Origin: Psilocybe cubensis | Lineage: Eukaryota | Length of the DNA: 64,000 nt | Direction of reading: 5' to 3' | Assembly (NCBI GenBank): GCA_017499595.2 | Contig: CM039003.1 | Location: forward strand, 1,550,001 to 1,614,000 | Part shown: positions 1 to 14,743 of the stretch, one piece after another | How positions within the stretch are numbered: the first letter of the stretch is position 1 | How the letters are laid out: the number at the start of each line of letters is the position of its first letter | Made by a program: the position numbers and the translations under genes | The notes under the pieces: generated by a model | Databases searched by the model: none | Seen by the model: only the letters and a program-made list of their open reading frames with translations | What the model was told of the DNA's origin: nothing

Positions 1-316
1 ATCCAGATGGGAAGCGACCATGTAAGGACTCTCGATTTCAATTTATCTACGCATCCAAACTAATATCTTCTGGATCAAGCTTTAAAATTTCGTTTAGTTT
101 TGGAAATGAGCATCAGGGGCCTTCCCTCAAAGCGCGGCGCCTCACTCCAAACGCCAGACGCAGATTGTCCAATTGAACTGGACATAACTGCTGCTTGATT
201 GTTTTTCTTGCTCCTCATCTTCGTTGACCATTATCTGGAACATTTTTACTATGCACACGGACCTCTATATCACCATCCCACGATCTTTAATCCCACATGT
301 TCTCACCATCAGCGTT

Positions 317-2194
317 ATGCCCTTTCATCGTTTTCCTAGTCCAACGGACGGTATAAATCAATAATAATCTTTGGTCAGGACTGTTTTCAATTTTATTCAT
401 AAATCTAGCATTGTTTCGCTCTCTGTTTTTTTTAATTGTAAATACATGTGCATACTGATACACAGATACGAAAGTGAACATTTTCGATGATGGTATGTTA
501 ACGTTCCAGTCAGCCTCCGGTCTCGATCGCAATTCTGTAAACTATTTCAGGGGAAGAATACAACGAGATCATTAACTCGGACTCCTTGGTAGGCTTCCAA
601 GATATGCACCATCGTACACCTTCTGCATTCAATCGAAAAGTCAGCTCCAACGTACGAAGACGCTCGGGTGGTGCAACGTCCCTCAAGAACCGCGCCGATC
701 GTGCACCTGCTGGCGAAGACGATTCATTCCCCAGCGTACGCTCACAACCAACTGTAGCATTCATGTCCCGAGGCGATCGCTCTGCCCGTTCCACCGTAAA
801 CCTCGATGCATCATCGGCTCGGACTCAGAGGGAAGCACCTCCATCCCTCCCTCGCTTCGAAGGTACGAGAAGCGTGTTAAAGCTTTGCGTATTTTTGTTG
901 ATTTCAAATCAGATCAAGGCTACCATGTATTTACAAGCATGTGTACGTCGGACGAAGCCAGCGTGAGCGAGTATAGCGGCAACTCTCGTTTCATCAATGA
1001 TGAAGTGGCCTCTGCTTCTGCCGGAACTGCGTTAGAAGGCGTTAGTTCTGGCCAAATCGCTTCGTCTGATACATCTCCATCTGAAGACCCTTCAGTGTGC
1101 ATCTCTAGCGAAGACTCGAGGCCTACCGATAGCGCAGAACCGCCCAGTGGCAATACGAAGATGATGCCAGTCGCTACTACTGATCCGGGCCATTCTGGTT
1201 TGATCCCTTCGATTGGAACGACGAACAAGTTTACGAACAAATGGCCTAAACCGACGACGTTGAAGTCTTTTGAGGTCCTTCCTAAAGGTTCGAAAGGTGT
1301 TTTCATTGGAGCTATGGGGACTTTTCACACTGGAACTCCGGCTCTCGAGAAAGGGCAGGGAGCTATGACTCCCAACAATCCTACACCCAAATGGTCAGCA
1401 TTCAAGTGGTGCCTTTTCATATCTATCATGTCGGTTTTTGCATATGGAACCATGACAATGATCACGGCATTAATGACTTGGTTTAATGGTCAGTTGTGAT
1501 TTACCTTCGCCTTACTTTTATTAACGCTTTCCAATACCAAGCATGGGAGAAGGCAAATGTAATGGTCGTGGCTGACAACGACATTCTTATTCTAATGACA
1601 CTCTCCGCTTCTGCACTCCTTTTAACCGCAAGCTTTGGCATTGCTGGTATATTCCTGAACTCACGGAAAATCCTTGCGATTTACACCTTTTTGCTATGGC
1701 CAGCATTCTTATCCATCCTTGCCGTTGGTTACAATAGCTATAGGCGTTCCCATCTTGCACTCGACCGCAAACTCGATTACTCCTGGAGCCGCTTTTATAC
1801 ATCATTGGGAAGGCGTATGATCCAAGATGCCCTACAATGCTGTGGTTACTTCAGCTCTATGCACGAAGCTACTCCAAGCAAACGGTGCTACTTGCGGACG
1901 CCTTTGCCGGGGTGTAAAGGTGGCTTGTATGCCTTTGAAAAAAGCAACCTTGGGATGATTTCAAAGGTGACATTTTCTCTAGCGCCTCTTCATCTCGTCA
2001 ACATGGTTGTGGCCTTGTTATCTGCCAACCATGTCACCCGCGTTTTCGGCAAACGAATCATCCCAAAGCAATATCGTCTAAGCCCTAACGATGTGAAAGC
2101 AGAAGCTGAGAAACTCCTTGGCCCTGCTTTTGTGGAGTCCAGCTATCTTGTCGAAGGCGATGATAATGACTCGGAGCACAAGTCTAGGGGTTAG
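317..2194 (+). CDS. Tsp2-type fungal tetraspanin with long disordered N-terminus (multi-exon)
   Basis: C-terminal exon has hydrophobic TM segments and the tetraspanin EC2 motif IQDALQCCGY plus further Cys (CYLRTPLPGCK). In-frame introns read at about 351-465, 493-550, 863-912 and 1488-1541. The start ATG at 317 is inferred and uncertain. Confidence 0.75.
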
Positions 2195-2634
2195 GGACCT
2201 AGGGCCGTAATCGAGCTGTAAGATACATCGCTGCTCAACTCGAATGCAATCCCGATCTGCGAATCTCTGCAAATATAATCTGGTTCATGCAAACATTAAT
2301 TTCTTTGTACAGTATGTCCATCATATAGTTCAAACATCAAATGGAAAGAAGCTTTCTAATGTGAATAAATTACGTTGGGCTCGTTGCTAATATATCAAAC
2401 AATACTCGGTCCCTGCCTGAGTATGTGGTTGAATGGGGTAAAGCGTATAAGATTCTGCTTATTGCATTGGAATCTTTGCTGAACTAGCCAGATAGGTACT
2501 TTTACCGAGGCTCTACGGAGGTGTAACTGCAGGTTCTGGTGGGCACGGCTTGTTCCTGGCATCGCAGATTGGACTCGGTGTTTGGGTTGTTGTAAAACCA
2601 GGGAGCGTAGAGCCGGATCCTGAGAGGCCAGAGT

Positions 2635-3185
2635 CTACGTTGGGGTAGCAGTATACATGATGTGACTCGCACAAAATGGGGCGCAAAACAAGGTCTGGCA
2701 CCGAATGTACTTCTGGTTGAATAATTAAATCCTTGTCAACTAACCTCATCTGGTATATTTATCTTGGACTTACTGCCACGGTTTCCCGAGTCGCGCGAAT
2801 CCTCAGCCTTTTCCATGTCATGACTGGCATGATCTTTCACAACTTTGGCAGTTTCCTTGCCGTTCGTTTGATTTGATTCAACTTCATATATCGCGTACGC
2901 GACACCTCCCGGAAAACATGACGATGGGGTTGAAGATACAATTCTCAGAGCCTCACATGATGTCCAACTGTGGGTTCTTTGCCTCTCCCTGCGTCTTTGT
3001 AATATATGAAGCCCCACCACCGCTAAAATCAAAAAGCACAACACAAATACCAACACTGGATATAGACATGATTATTTCTGTATATAGGGAAGGTACGTCA
3101 AAGAGAACTTACCAACTAGAATAATGTCGATAATGGTGTCTTGCAGAGAATCAGAGGACAGATTCCTGCGATGGATAGCAGACAT
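2635..3185 (-). CDS. small single-pass membrane protein, hypothetical
   Basis: ATG 3185 (MSAIHRRNLSSDSLQDTIIDIILV) splices through GTAAGT...CCAG into VLVFVLCFLILAVVGLHILQRRRERQR, a TM helix followed by a basic stop-transfer run. The 3' end is uncertain. Confidence 0.5.
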
Positions 3186-4312
3186 GATCGCTGAGAAGTT
3201 GGGATGGTGAACTCCAGTGATATCAATTGCTCTTTGATGCCTTTATAAGAAGAGAATCCTTGCTTTGACCTTGCACAGGAATAAACGGCCTCAGGGCTGG
3301 TATTGGAATACAAACAGAGATGAATAGGATAAATTTACTACATTAGGCTCAGCTTCACCAGACATGGAGCATCATTACCCAGGAATGGATATATGGGCGC
3401 CTAATTCTTTCGGAATAGGCAAGGAAATTTTGAAAGCTGTTCGTCGGAACTCAAAACATCAATTCCGAGATAAGTAGTATTATTTCTTAATAAGGGTATA
3501 GTTTATAACTCACACAGTTCCGGTAAAACTGGCAAGAAAACATAATCTCGCAAAGTAAAGAGGCTTTAGCAAGAAATAGTTGAAGATGAAAGAGAATTTG
3601 TGTAATCGACGTACACGAATGAGATTGAAGGACACTTCGCGAAGGGTGTATAGAGTGCATTAAAATTTAATTAGGGATCATGTTCGCAGCTTCAAAGATG
3701 TGCTATGTGGACATGCACGGGGCCTGATTGATGGACTGTAGGTGGCAGATTCCACTTTGCTAAGTACGAAGTTCCCGATCCGTCAATACACTAGAGAAGG
3801 AAACAAACGAGCAGGCGTGTTGGAAAAGATACATGTATTGTCTTCAAATGACATCGGTAGTCGTTTGACTCCGTGATACTCCCCCTAAATACGGAAGATG
3901 TCTTCTTATTTGATGACAGGTTTGACTTACTTGTGACAGTCGCTGTTTGGAATATATCCCCTCGAATACGCCTAGTATGAGAATGTGGAAGCTGATGTTA
4001 GCTTTGATATTAGTAGTCATAACGCAATTCAAGACAAGTCTTGCGTGCTTTATGGTACGACGCTATCAATCAATCCAACTATCATTGTACTATGACATGG
4101 CCCGTTAAGCAGTGTAGTAACATATCTTTGGATAATATCGTCGTCCATTGCCATTATTATTGATTGGTTTACAAAGTGAGTCATTATTGATCGACCTTCG
4201 AGCCGCATTCTTAGCTCTTCCATATTGCAGGCCCGGCTGTCTGGCGCTCAGCGGATATGTTTGGATTTAAGCGCCCATAAAATCACTCACGTGCCTGGTA
4301 TCCATCAGGATG

Positions 4313-4337
4313 TTCGGGTTGAGTGACTCAACCCGAA
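4313..4337. promoter_or_regulatory. perfect 12-bp inverted repeat containing TGACTCA (AP-1/Gcn4-like site)
   Basis: TTCGGGTTGAGT-G-ACTCAACCCGAA; a second TGAGTCA at 4177-4183. Function is inferred only. Confidence 0.35.
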
Positions 4338-5437
4338 TGAATGTTGTATATTGGTTGTATAGTATGTCTGTTATCATTGCATGAATTCCGAGTCATCAAT
4401 AACGTTGAAAGTGACTAACTGATAAGAGCTCCAGAGTAAGCGGCGGCGCCTGAGTGATTCATCTCAGCACAACGATCAATAGATTAGTGGCCAGGCGTTG
4501 CGGCCTTCGACATCAAGATTGGACAATACCTGGGAATGAAACGAGTGGTCCAGCAGTTCCACTACCTCCTGCCCCGCTTATTTGAGCGCACCCAATATAA
4601 AACTGTAGGTAGGGAAAAGCACATGAACCATGGTCCCAACATTCAAACCTACCTTTACATGGTCTAATGATTTGCGAATATGAAATCCATATGGAATTGG
4701 TCATGGTGCATCATCGTACGCATCTTTTAAGTTGCTATACTAATTTGTGATTTTTCAGAATCGTACTTGAAGTTTCTACCTATAAGAAATATAGAGGGGT
4801 ATGGCTATACGACCAGGTCATCATGATACAGATCAAAGGTACTACTATAACCCATACACTAAAGCTTAAATTTCAATTTTCAGAAGAAACGGAGCACGGG
4901 AAGGTGGATAAACCGAATCAGTGGTCAAACCGAACGTCTGGTCAATGATAGTATGCCTGAGCTTTTGTGTCAATGCAATACCAATATATATATATACTCA
5001 GGATTTGCACAAGCGGAGGTTAAAGCACGACACTCGTGCTGAGGAAACGCAAGATAGGAACGGAGAATCGTATCCAATGGGAACACTTGGAGGGACTGAC
5101 CACTACCTGCGATGGATGTCGCTAGCCCTAAACAAATACTGATATTGTCACGTCACGCCGACCAGTAATTAGATCTGGTGGCAACTCATCAATATAATCA
5201 AACCGACATTGCTTTTTTGATCACCCAAAAATTCGAAATATGCCTGAAAATGTTGTAATCGAGGCTGAAAAACACTGTAATTGGGCCTGAAAAATATGGT
5301 AACACTTAGTAACACTGGAGAAATAACATAATAAATTGCAGCCCAACTTTCTGTGCAAAGCACGGGTACACTGCTAGTAAGTTATAATTTCAAAAATACA
5401 GACAACATAGCAAAGAACTTACGTTAAGCAAGTGATG

Positions 5438-6161
5438 TTACGGTGTCCCGACGTCCGGAGGCCTTTGTATCACTGTCATGGGGCATTCTCGAGCTAAGAT
5501 TTCAGCGTCCACAGGAATTGGAATCAGCTGGAACCCAGTTGCGGCCATATCAGATGTCTCACCTCTCTGAGTAAAAACGGGATGATCTTCGGGAAGAAGT
5601 ACCGTGACTAACCTGTATCCAGCACGCTCGTTACCTCCAAGCCTGCTGTTACTTCTTGTTCTTTCTCGGTTACTACGATTTTCTCTTCCCTGGGCCAATG
5701 GTGGCGGGGTAACTATTAAGTGTTGGCCTCCGACCGGATTTACAGTTGAGGCTATTTCAGGAGGACGAATATGTAATGGGGTGGAAGTGGAAGGTTCGTC
5801 CCCGCGATCAAGGTTTGCTGTTAACAGCGGTGATTGAATAGATAGTTGAGGACACGAGTGCAGAGGTGACTGCGATAAGATGTCTCGTTCATTTTGGTCA
5901 TGAGAGGAGGTCAGAGTGATTGGACGTCCTTCAACATGTGGCCGAGGTGCAGAACTTGGTATCAGGGAATCGTCTTGTGGTCGTACATGGGGTAGTGAGA
6001 TAGTTTCTGTACGACAAGAGGTGTCCCGCCTCTTTCTAGAAAACCAATCTTTAAGAGAGCAAAATATGCACCACAAGGTACAAATTGCTGTAACTAATAG
6101 TGGCCGTCAATGGGTTGCGAAGTGGTAAATGTTAAGTTGACGTACGACCAGCGATGACCAT
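5438..6161 (-). CDS. hypothetical Pro/Ser/Arg-rich protein
   Basis: 212-aa ORF 5438-6076. A short first exon from ATG 6161 can splice in frame via GTACGT...ACAG. No family recognised. Confidence 0.4.
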
Positions 6162-6975
6162 GAGTATCAAGAATGCCCAGACCACCATCAGGCCACAAGG
6201 AGGGAAGGGGAGCAAGAAGGGAGACCTCATATTGAGTATTTGCCAGCCTTAAAGGTACCTGCTTGAAAACTGTGACCTTACTAGTAAACTACGAACAGCC
6301 TTTTACACAGCAAGCAGAGAGAAAAGGACAGCTAAAACAGCAAATGCATAGCGGATTTGTAGTAAGAGATATGCTGACTACTGAGCCTCAACTTGTGTTG
6401 CATTGCCTAGGCCCTGGCCCATTAAGGAATGCCCTGCCTGTCAATGATGATGTTCCTTTGCGAGATATCACAACCAGTTACAGCAATTGTAGGGAGAAGC
6501 ATATAGAAGTTGCTAAAGTTCGAAATTTGAAGAGTCCCCTCAAAATACTAGCATGGGACCAAAGTAAACTGGTTGAAAGGAAAGCAAAGCAAGTCGTAAA
6601 GGCGATTCGAACCGGAAGCATAATCAAACTTGACATCACACTTTCACGTGACCTCTCTATGATTCCAACGCGTAAACGGCTCGATGCTATTCTCTTCCCA
6701 GCGGACAGTCACCAGTATTTAATGTTCCGACGCTGATCAGGATATTCATCACTGGGCTGATACAGTCATCCACTTTTTATATCTTCTGTTAATCTTACCG
6801 GCAATCTCTGGCACCGAAGTGTTAGTTCCATGGAGTGCGATCGTATTTACACAGTTTTAAGCTGATCACTGTGGTTCTTGTACATTTCGTTCAGGAGCCA
6901 TCTCTGATATCCAAGACACTCCTCGACTTCTATTTCTTTTTACTCAAGGCTTCAAATACCTACACCTAGTGGATC

Positions 6976-9900
6976 ATGGAGAAGCCAACACCGCCTCAAT
7001 TCAACATACCGCTCTCTTTCCCCAGCATATCTATCCTGAGTAATGGTTCATACACCTCTCAACCCCAAACAAGCGCTTTGGAGAAAAGCTTAGCAAATTC
7101 TACTCCGACAGCGTCAGCTTCATGGGGTTTGTCGAAATCGGCAACGTCAAACAAAGAGAGGAATAAGTTGGTCGTTGTTGGCTGTAAAGATGGAACGGCG
7201 TATGTTTTACAGACTTCATTGCCATCGTTTTCTACTCCAAGTGACCGATCCCAATCCAAAGAGCTCCCAAGTTCAAAGAGTGCCACACGGACAGCCAAGT
7301 CTTTCCCGTCCAGTTCAGGCACTTCTTCCCCAACTCTTTCCTCTTTCCCTCTTTCCCCGACTTTTAGCGTCACAGCCAAACCCCGTGTTGTATCTGGAGT
7401 CACCACTGACTCCGTTGAAGCACCCAAAAATTATGTGGATTTTGACGACGAGCCTGATAGATTGAAAGACATCCTAAAGGGCAAAAACCCTCGAGATCGA
7501 CACAGCATTTCAGAGAATAGCTCTGACAGAAATCCTAGATCGGTTACACCATCCATTATTGAACCAGTATCTGTCTCGAAGCGTAAAGGCGCTGCGCCGA
7601 GGTCTTTGTTGTCAGCCACAAATTCTCGGGCTCCCACTCCGACGTCTTTTTCTTCTCCTAATTCGCCCATGGAGTCGGATTCGGTATCGAACTCTAATCC
7701 CGACCTTGCTCGTGACGAGGTTTGCACTTTGCTCTATCACGTAATTCCATCGCAGTCCGGCTGTGGTTATCCTGTGCGCTCGATCATATTCCTCCACGAC
7801 GGAGATCTTTTTGCAGTTCTTCAAGAAAATGGGTAAGTCATGATATCTTGGTATGTCAGGATAATAAATCATGTTCTTTGCCCAGAAATCTGTATATATT
7901 CTCGTCAGAGGATGGATATTGTGTTGCCTCCTTTAAAATTGGCGAGGACATCCAATCAAATTCACAAAAAGGACACAAGGAACGTACTGGACCTAGAGAT
8001 GTATGGTCGTGGTCCAGTATAAATATCGCTTACGTTGAAGAGGTGCAGCCTTCGTCTGACATACTTCTTCTATAGCAAAGGTACTAAATTGCACAGTCAG
8101 TTATTATATTAGCGACTGCTGCTAATAACAATGATATATCGGCTCCTAATTCTGACAATGAGGGCGTCTCTGCCACTTCACTATGCGCGCTCCTCGAATT
8201 CGTACTCACACCATCGGGTGCTTCTCTTCATAAACTTGGACAATGGGATGTCAATGGTCCCGCTAGTGGGAACGGTATTCATGGGAAATCTGACGGTATG
8301 TGTCGCTCGCCATTTTCGGATTTTTTGAGGACTTATGTTCAACAGGCACGTTTACCTTTTTCTCGACAAGCCATAATGGTCACTTGATTCTGAAAGAGTT
8401 GAACCTCAAGGGTTTGCCTTCTCCGCCTGTCAAAACCACATCAGAAACTGAAGGAAACCACTACGGGCCACATCTATCAACACTTCCCATTCCAAATCCA
8501 TTCAAATCGATGATGACGCGTTCTACGGAACACCTGGTCACTGACAGTAGCGAAATCCATATGCCTCCAGTAAACGGGTTCAAGCCGACGCTAGGTGAAC
8601 CACACGATATTGGAACCATTATAGAGGATACGGCACTGTCAGGGCTCGTAACACGCCACTCAGCGGATGGAAATTTTTTTGCTCTAGCTTGGTCTCATAG
8701 AGAGCTTGCCGTCAGTCATTTTTTCTGCCAATTCTTTGCTTTTGTTGAATGTCTCACAGATGTTTCAATTCTCACATCAATCAATAACGGTACTTTCTTG
8801 CATTCCTGTCAATGAAATTGAAGATGCAGCATGGGTTAACGATGAGATCTTCGTGCTATCATTCGAGGTAGCTTTCCACTTCTATGCCTTTTAAATTCTG
8901 TTTAAGTTAATTTTCTGCAGGAAAAATTGGAACAGTATCGACTAAAGTCCGTTAATTCAGATAATGACAGTGTTGATAATGTTGCATCGGCCAGCTCCAC
9001 TGCGCATCTACAGTACGTCATCCCTTAACTGCAGCAATTGCAAGTGACTTATTTACTGTAGAGCAGAACTCATTTACACTCTGAACGTCGGCGAACACGA
9101 TACTATCAATTTCTGTCACGATTCTGCGGTACTTACGAAGTTTACGAATTTCCCACAGGAGAAACAATTAATCGCGTACAACCTTTCAAACCACAAATTC
9201 ATACGAGACCCACACCAAGTTCCCAAGGTTCTCTGGAGCGTGCCTGCACCGACAACCCCCCCTTCAAATCCGTTTCTCACGTCGATGCTCTCTTTGGAAT
9301 TAGAGCTAATTATCCAAGGGTATTGTGAGTCTTGTTGAAGTTTAACTTTCTCTACTCTGACCTATCTTTGCTATGCAAGCCGATGGACTCTTACGCCAGT
9401 TCTCATTGGCTCAAATGACCCGCAAGACTGATACCTCGTTAATTGAAGCTTCGTCCTCTTCGAAGACGTCAGACCGTCGTTTAAATGGATCGCTTGTCGG
9501 GTTGCATTTAGTCCAAAACCCCAGAACAAGGGAAAAATTCATAGTAGGAGGTGCAGATGATGGCTCTATTGCCTTCTGGTCATTAAGGTCATTTTACCGT
9601 ATTACATACACTTTTTTTTGCTTAACTATGTTGTTCGCAGTAAATTCGAGCTGGTTGCCCGATGGACTGTGTTCGTTACGCCTCTGGCAAAGGTCATCCA
9701 ATTTGAAGCGGATACTACTGGCCCTTTGCGTGGTTGTGCACTATGCGTTGCCCGTGATGGGACCATTGCTGTTATAATTGTCGACGGGTTTCATTTGTAA
9801 TTATTTCATTCGTCCACAATTAATGATGAACCTAACAGTTGTATTACAGCCGCTATCTCATCCCAGGGTCAGTTGCTCCTCTGAAACGCGTGTGCCTCGG

Positions 9901-12221
9901 AGGAAATAATCTGTTGGTGATTTACGAAGACCGACGTGCCCGGTTATGGGACTCTCAAACTAAGGAGTTGTGGCGTTCCTTTGGAGAGGACAAGGTCGAG
10001 GAACTGTTGAGTCAAGGTGGATGGATTGATATGTAAGTCGACCTTCACGATGTAATTATTTTTCTAGATAAAGCTTTTTAGGTCTTTGGACAAAGATGCA
10101 TCTGTTCCAAAAAGTGTTTGGACTCCTGTAGGGGATTCAATTGACAAACAAGATGCTGGTGAGTTTTTTTATATTCATTTTCTGTCAACACTCACCCAGA
10201 TACTTGTTAGCTGCTTCACTGGTTCTTAACCTCGAGAAAATCATAGTTGACTCAATTCAGGTTACGAAAACTATCAGCACCAGCCGGGATGAAGTGCGCG
10301 AGATTTTACTGACACTTGAAAGACTCCGCCTCCTACTCTCGGTTCTTATAACACCTGGTCTTAACTCCGATGTGGACTCGATCTGTTATGGAAAATTAGG
10401 TGCCTATCCCTCGTCCGCGTTGGTTGGGCTCTCTAGGTCAGTCACAATTCATGGGTTTTCGAATCGTCAACTCATATCGGTTCTTAGTCCTGGGTCCACA
10501 ACGCTTGTACAGCATGACCGGCCTCAAGACGTGTGGCGGATTTCAAGCGTTCTAACGGCATCTCGAGCATTGGCAATTATTGCAGTCCTCCGTGCCATGA
10601 GCCTCTTTGAAGGTATTCAATTTTCTTGACTGCCTGAATCACATTTACCAAACTAATTCATATTTTATTAAGATCTAACCGAAGGGGCAACAACAGTCAT
10701 ATCATTTTACTCCGCCTCTCTTTCGACTTGTGTTGGTTCCCAATTTAAAGTCCCAAGTCTGGAGTTCCTTGGAAAACTTTGGTTTGAAGCTTCCAGTAGG
10801 TCTAAAGACAATTTTGCAAAGATTAACACTTATCTTGAATTTATGGTAGATGAACTAAGACAGCCAATTCGAACTCTTTTCAACGCGACTGTCTCCAACA
10901 TGACAGATGAAGAATCTATTGCGATTACGGAGAAGTGGCAGCATTGTGGTAAGTGAAGATATTAATTATTTTCTGTCATGGTCCTAAACCTCCTGTTTCT
11001 AGTACCTTCACTGCAACCTGATGCAGAGAAGGAAACCGAGAGTGCTGCCTTGGCCTTGTTTATCTGTGGATCTATTGCGTCAGAGAAGTTTACTCTTCTA
11101 TCTCCTAGGTGAAGCTCTTTTGCATCGTCGTCTTTTTTTCTCGTTCTGACGATATAATGTTGTAGCGCATTAACAGATATATCGAAATCTATCAGTCTCT
11201 ATCTAACTGATGAAAAATCTGTCTATCGAATATTAGCCGTCGACCTCTGTTCCCGTGGCTTCAATGTTTGGCAACACTACATTGACGCAATGGATATCCT
11301 TCGATCGTTATTTGATTTGGCCACGAGCGTGCGCAAGGATTCGATATCTGTGCAAAACATAGGGACGCAAGCAAGATTAGCGGTTTTGTCTATTGCATCA
11401 AACAATATGCCCTTATTCATGGGCACACTTTGTCTGGATATTCTTTCTCCACCTTCCGTCGAGCACCAGCGGTCCGTATTACAAATTCTAGCCTTTTTGA
11501 TTAGAAAGGTTTTTCGTCTTTCTCTTGATATTTTTACATCTGTACTAATCGCATCTCAGCGACCGTACATCTTACAACCTAGCCTTCCTCGTTTGATGGA
11601 GGCCGTCGTGAAATCTTTGGATCCTAACTCGACGTCAAATCGTGAAGTAGTACTGGATACCGCCACCGAGATCATCGGTTATGTTGTTAAAACGTGGGCA
11701 TTTTTCTGCTCCGCTTAGCTAATATTGTATTGAAAATATGGATTTAGATACCCATCGGTAGACTTTCATATGGCTACACAAAGGCTAGCCGTGGGTACGA
11801 ATGAAGGAGCCGTTGTGATGTACGATTGCAAGAACGCTATCCGATTATACGTACTTGAAGGGCACAAGAAACCTATAACAGCTTGTAGCTTCTCGCCTGA
11901 TGGAAGAAGGCTGATTACAATTTCGTTGAAGGACTCTAGTGTCCTTGTATGGAAAGTCGGCTCGAGCTTTGCGAGTTTCTTCAACCCTGGCGCTCCACCC
12001 CGACAAGGCCATGGAGGATCACAACCATTCAAAACACTAAACTTCAATATCGGCTCTGAAGGTTGGCCATTATTTTCACTGGATAATATCCCCCTACTAA
12101 CGAAAAAATTACAGCCGACATGACGACTGCGGAGACACTGGAACTAGTTCGAATCGAGTGGATCGCAGATAGAAGCGTTAGAGTCAAGATACGTCAAAGT
12201 GTCATGACTTTTAGCACTTGA
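6976..12221 (+). CDS. large WD40 protein, WDR7/rabconnectin-3beta-like (multi-exon)
   Basis: WD repeats (IVGGADDGSIAFWS; LEGHKKPITACSFSPDGRRL...VLVWK), a central helical region (LPRLMEAVVKSLDPN) and C-terminal WD repeats match the WDR7 family architecture. Stop TGA 12219-12221. Confidence 0.75.
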
Positions 12222-12390
12222 GCTTGGGTTATTCCTACGGCGCACCTTCGGACACTTTTGCTTCCTTCTCCTGCTTCATCAATTTATTCAAATTTCGTTA
12301 TTTACAGAGACCTCTTAATTGTACATATACCCCATTACATAGTGGACACTTTTAGTTTAGTAATGCAACAGGACCAGAGGAACCATGCTC

Positions 12391-14743
12391 TCAATTATCG
12401 AGGTTGCACTGCCCATCCCTCAAAGCACACCATTGGGGCTGAAGAGCGATAGCATTGATTCCTCTTTGCACCATCCTGAAGCGTAGGTCGTGCAGGCGAG
12501 GCAATGCAGATTGGCCATTAATTGGAGTGCCGTCAGGGAGTTTTGCGCCTGTCCAAAATATCTAGACAAAGGAGAACATTAAAGGATATTATAATCTAGT
12601 AGGCATATGATCATACCTCAGCAGAAGCTGCCGCTCGTGGCCAGACGATGCTGTCAAGATTTTCCGGTGAAGATTGTTCTGCCCATAAAAGTTGCTCTCC
12701 TGTAGTGTAATACCGTAATTAGCGATTCTATCGTCTTAATCGGAAGGAACCTGCGTACCTCCAAGAACAAGAGGCACTTCAGCAGCACTGAGATTGGCTA
12801 GAGGGTCGAAGGTGTATGCCTGCTTTGATTTTAGCATGCCTGACTTTAAATGAAGTGACTGTTTATACCTTTTGCCATGACTTGAAAGGGTCACACCAGC
12901 TATTTCTGTTAGATTGAAAGCAGTTTGAATATCAAGTTTAAGTGGGATGTTGGGTCTCTTACGCCGTTGCGTCTTTTCCAATCCATTCCCCAGCACCGCA
13001 GTCCTAAAATAATCATTAAATCTAGTTTTTTTAATGATAAAAGACGTAAACGAACCAGATAGAAGAAGTCAGAAGGTCCATGAACAAGTCTGAGACCCTT
13101 GGCAGCCACAGCTGCTGCATTTTGAGATGAAATCCAGACCCTATCGACGTAGGATTCCTTCAGATTCAGTTCACCCTGACAAAAGGCCAAACCTACATAA
13201 CAACTGTTTGATTTGACAAGGTAACATTATGCTCAAGTGCCATCTCTAGAATAAATATCAATGTATCAAGATACTCTGTTCAGATATATACGAAAGGTCA
13301 CACCTTCCCAAACAACGGGAGTCTTTCCAATACTTTTTAGGGCATCATGCGTTGCTTGTGTAAACGTATCAAGAGCTTGTTCCAAAGTTTTTCCAGATGC
13401 TTTGAGTTCTGCTTGGGTTTGGGCATCTTGTGTGTAACAGTTAACGTTGAGCTCGTCACCACCTGTACTGAACATTGTTGATGGAAGTGTCTTTGCGATG
13501 GACGTGATTAAAGAGGCAGTGAAGTTGGTGGTAGCCGCAGAGGCAAGGCGTAGCTGCCCAGCTGGCGGTTCATTTGCAAATGACTCCCATGGTGTAGCTT
13601 GAGCACATGCGATATGCTCTGGATGCGAGGTCGATATTACGGCTGTGTGTCCAGGTGTGTCAATTTCCTGTTGCGTGTTGAATAAAATAAAAACAGGATG
13701 TTAAAATAAGTAATAACTTACTACTAGAACATCAATTCCCCGCTTTTAAATCAATCAGCGAAGAGGCCTAACACGGATGTTCCACAATACTTACAGCACC
13801 GGCATAAGTAACGATGTCCTGAACATCTTCACTAGAGTAAATCTCTTGGCTAGAATATGCCCCTTTTTGTGACAATTCAGGAAATCCGGGGATGGTCAAT
13901 GGGAAGCTCTGAGAGTCGGTAACGTGCCAATGGAATTGGCTCATCTAATAAAAAATTATTAGAGTAATTGACAGTTGATTGTCATGATGCACCTACTTTA
14001 ACCATGCTCATGGCATCCAAAGTCCGTTTGATGTCGCTAACAGCGAAGCTGGAATGGGTTTAATATGAGAGTAAAGCACACATCACTGTTTTAGTCTTAC
14101 AAATTTCGCGATGTATCCAACATGAAGCCTCGGTAAGGCTAGACAAAAATATATAAGGATACGAACCAAACACATTTAGTTTACGTACGTATGCTGGGGA
14201 GTCATTGGTAATGGTCACTGGTGCTTGGAAAGTGTAAGTGACTCCTGTAGAATCGTCGTAAAACAGTTGCTCAAAGGTGGTTAATCCGCGGAACAACCCT
14301 AAAGCCGAGTTAGCAGTGATGGTAGCTGTGCCTCCATTCGAGCTCGGTAATTCTAAGGAGTACGATTCGCTCCTTTTCTCAATATCTTTTGTGGCCTCTT
14401 GCATAATGGAATTGATGGTCTTTCCGGCACTTGATGTCAAGGAAAGAGTCAACTTTGAAAGGGATGGTGCATGTGCTAACGCAGCGCTATCAGTAGCACC
14501 GCGCCCAACAACAAGCCTTTGAAGTTTGTCGGATCGCAAACGCGTTTTTGTACGCGAAATGGCGTCCTGAAGATCCTGAGGCACCTTCGAGATTCCATTG
14601 ACGTGAATATCAAATCCAGGAGATAATTTCACCAGAGTAGAGCCTGTTTGAAGTGAGCGAGGAATTGGCCATAGTGCAAATGCCGAGTCACAAATGCCCA
14701 GGCTGAAGGTGAGAAGAAGTATTGGACAGTTCAAAATCTTCAT
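12391..14743 (-). CDS. secreted beta-N-acetylhexosaminidase, glycoside hydrolase family 20
   Basis: Signal peptide then ALWPIP; RGFMLDTSRN; EIDTPGH; catalytic GGDE; GGEQLLWAEQ; VWPRAAA; C-terminal LQPQWC. Confidence 0.93.

Noticed and set aside
6263-6736. 157-aa ORF upstream of the WD40 gene
   Set aside because: Starts at TTG, has no family features and lies in a divergent promoter region.
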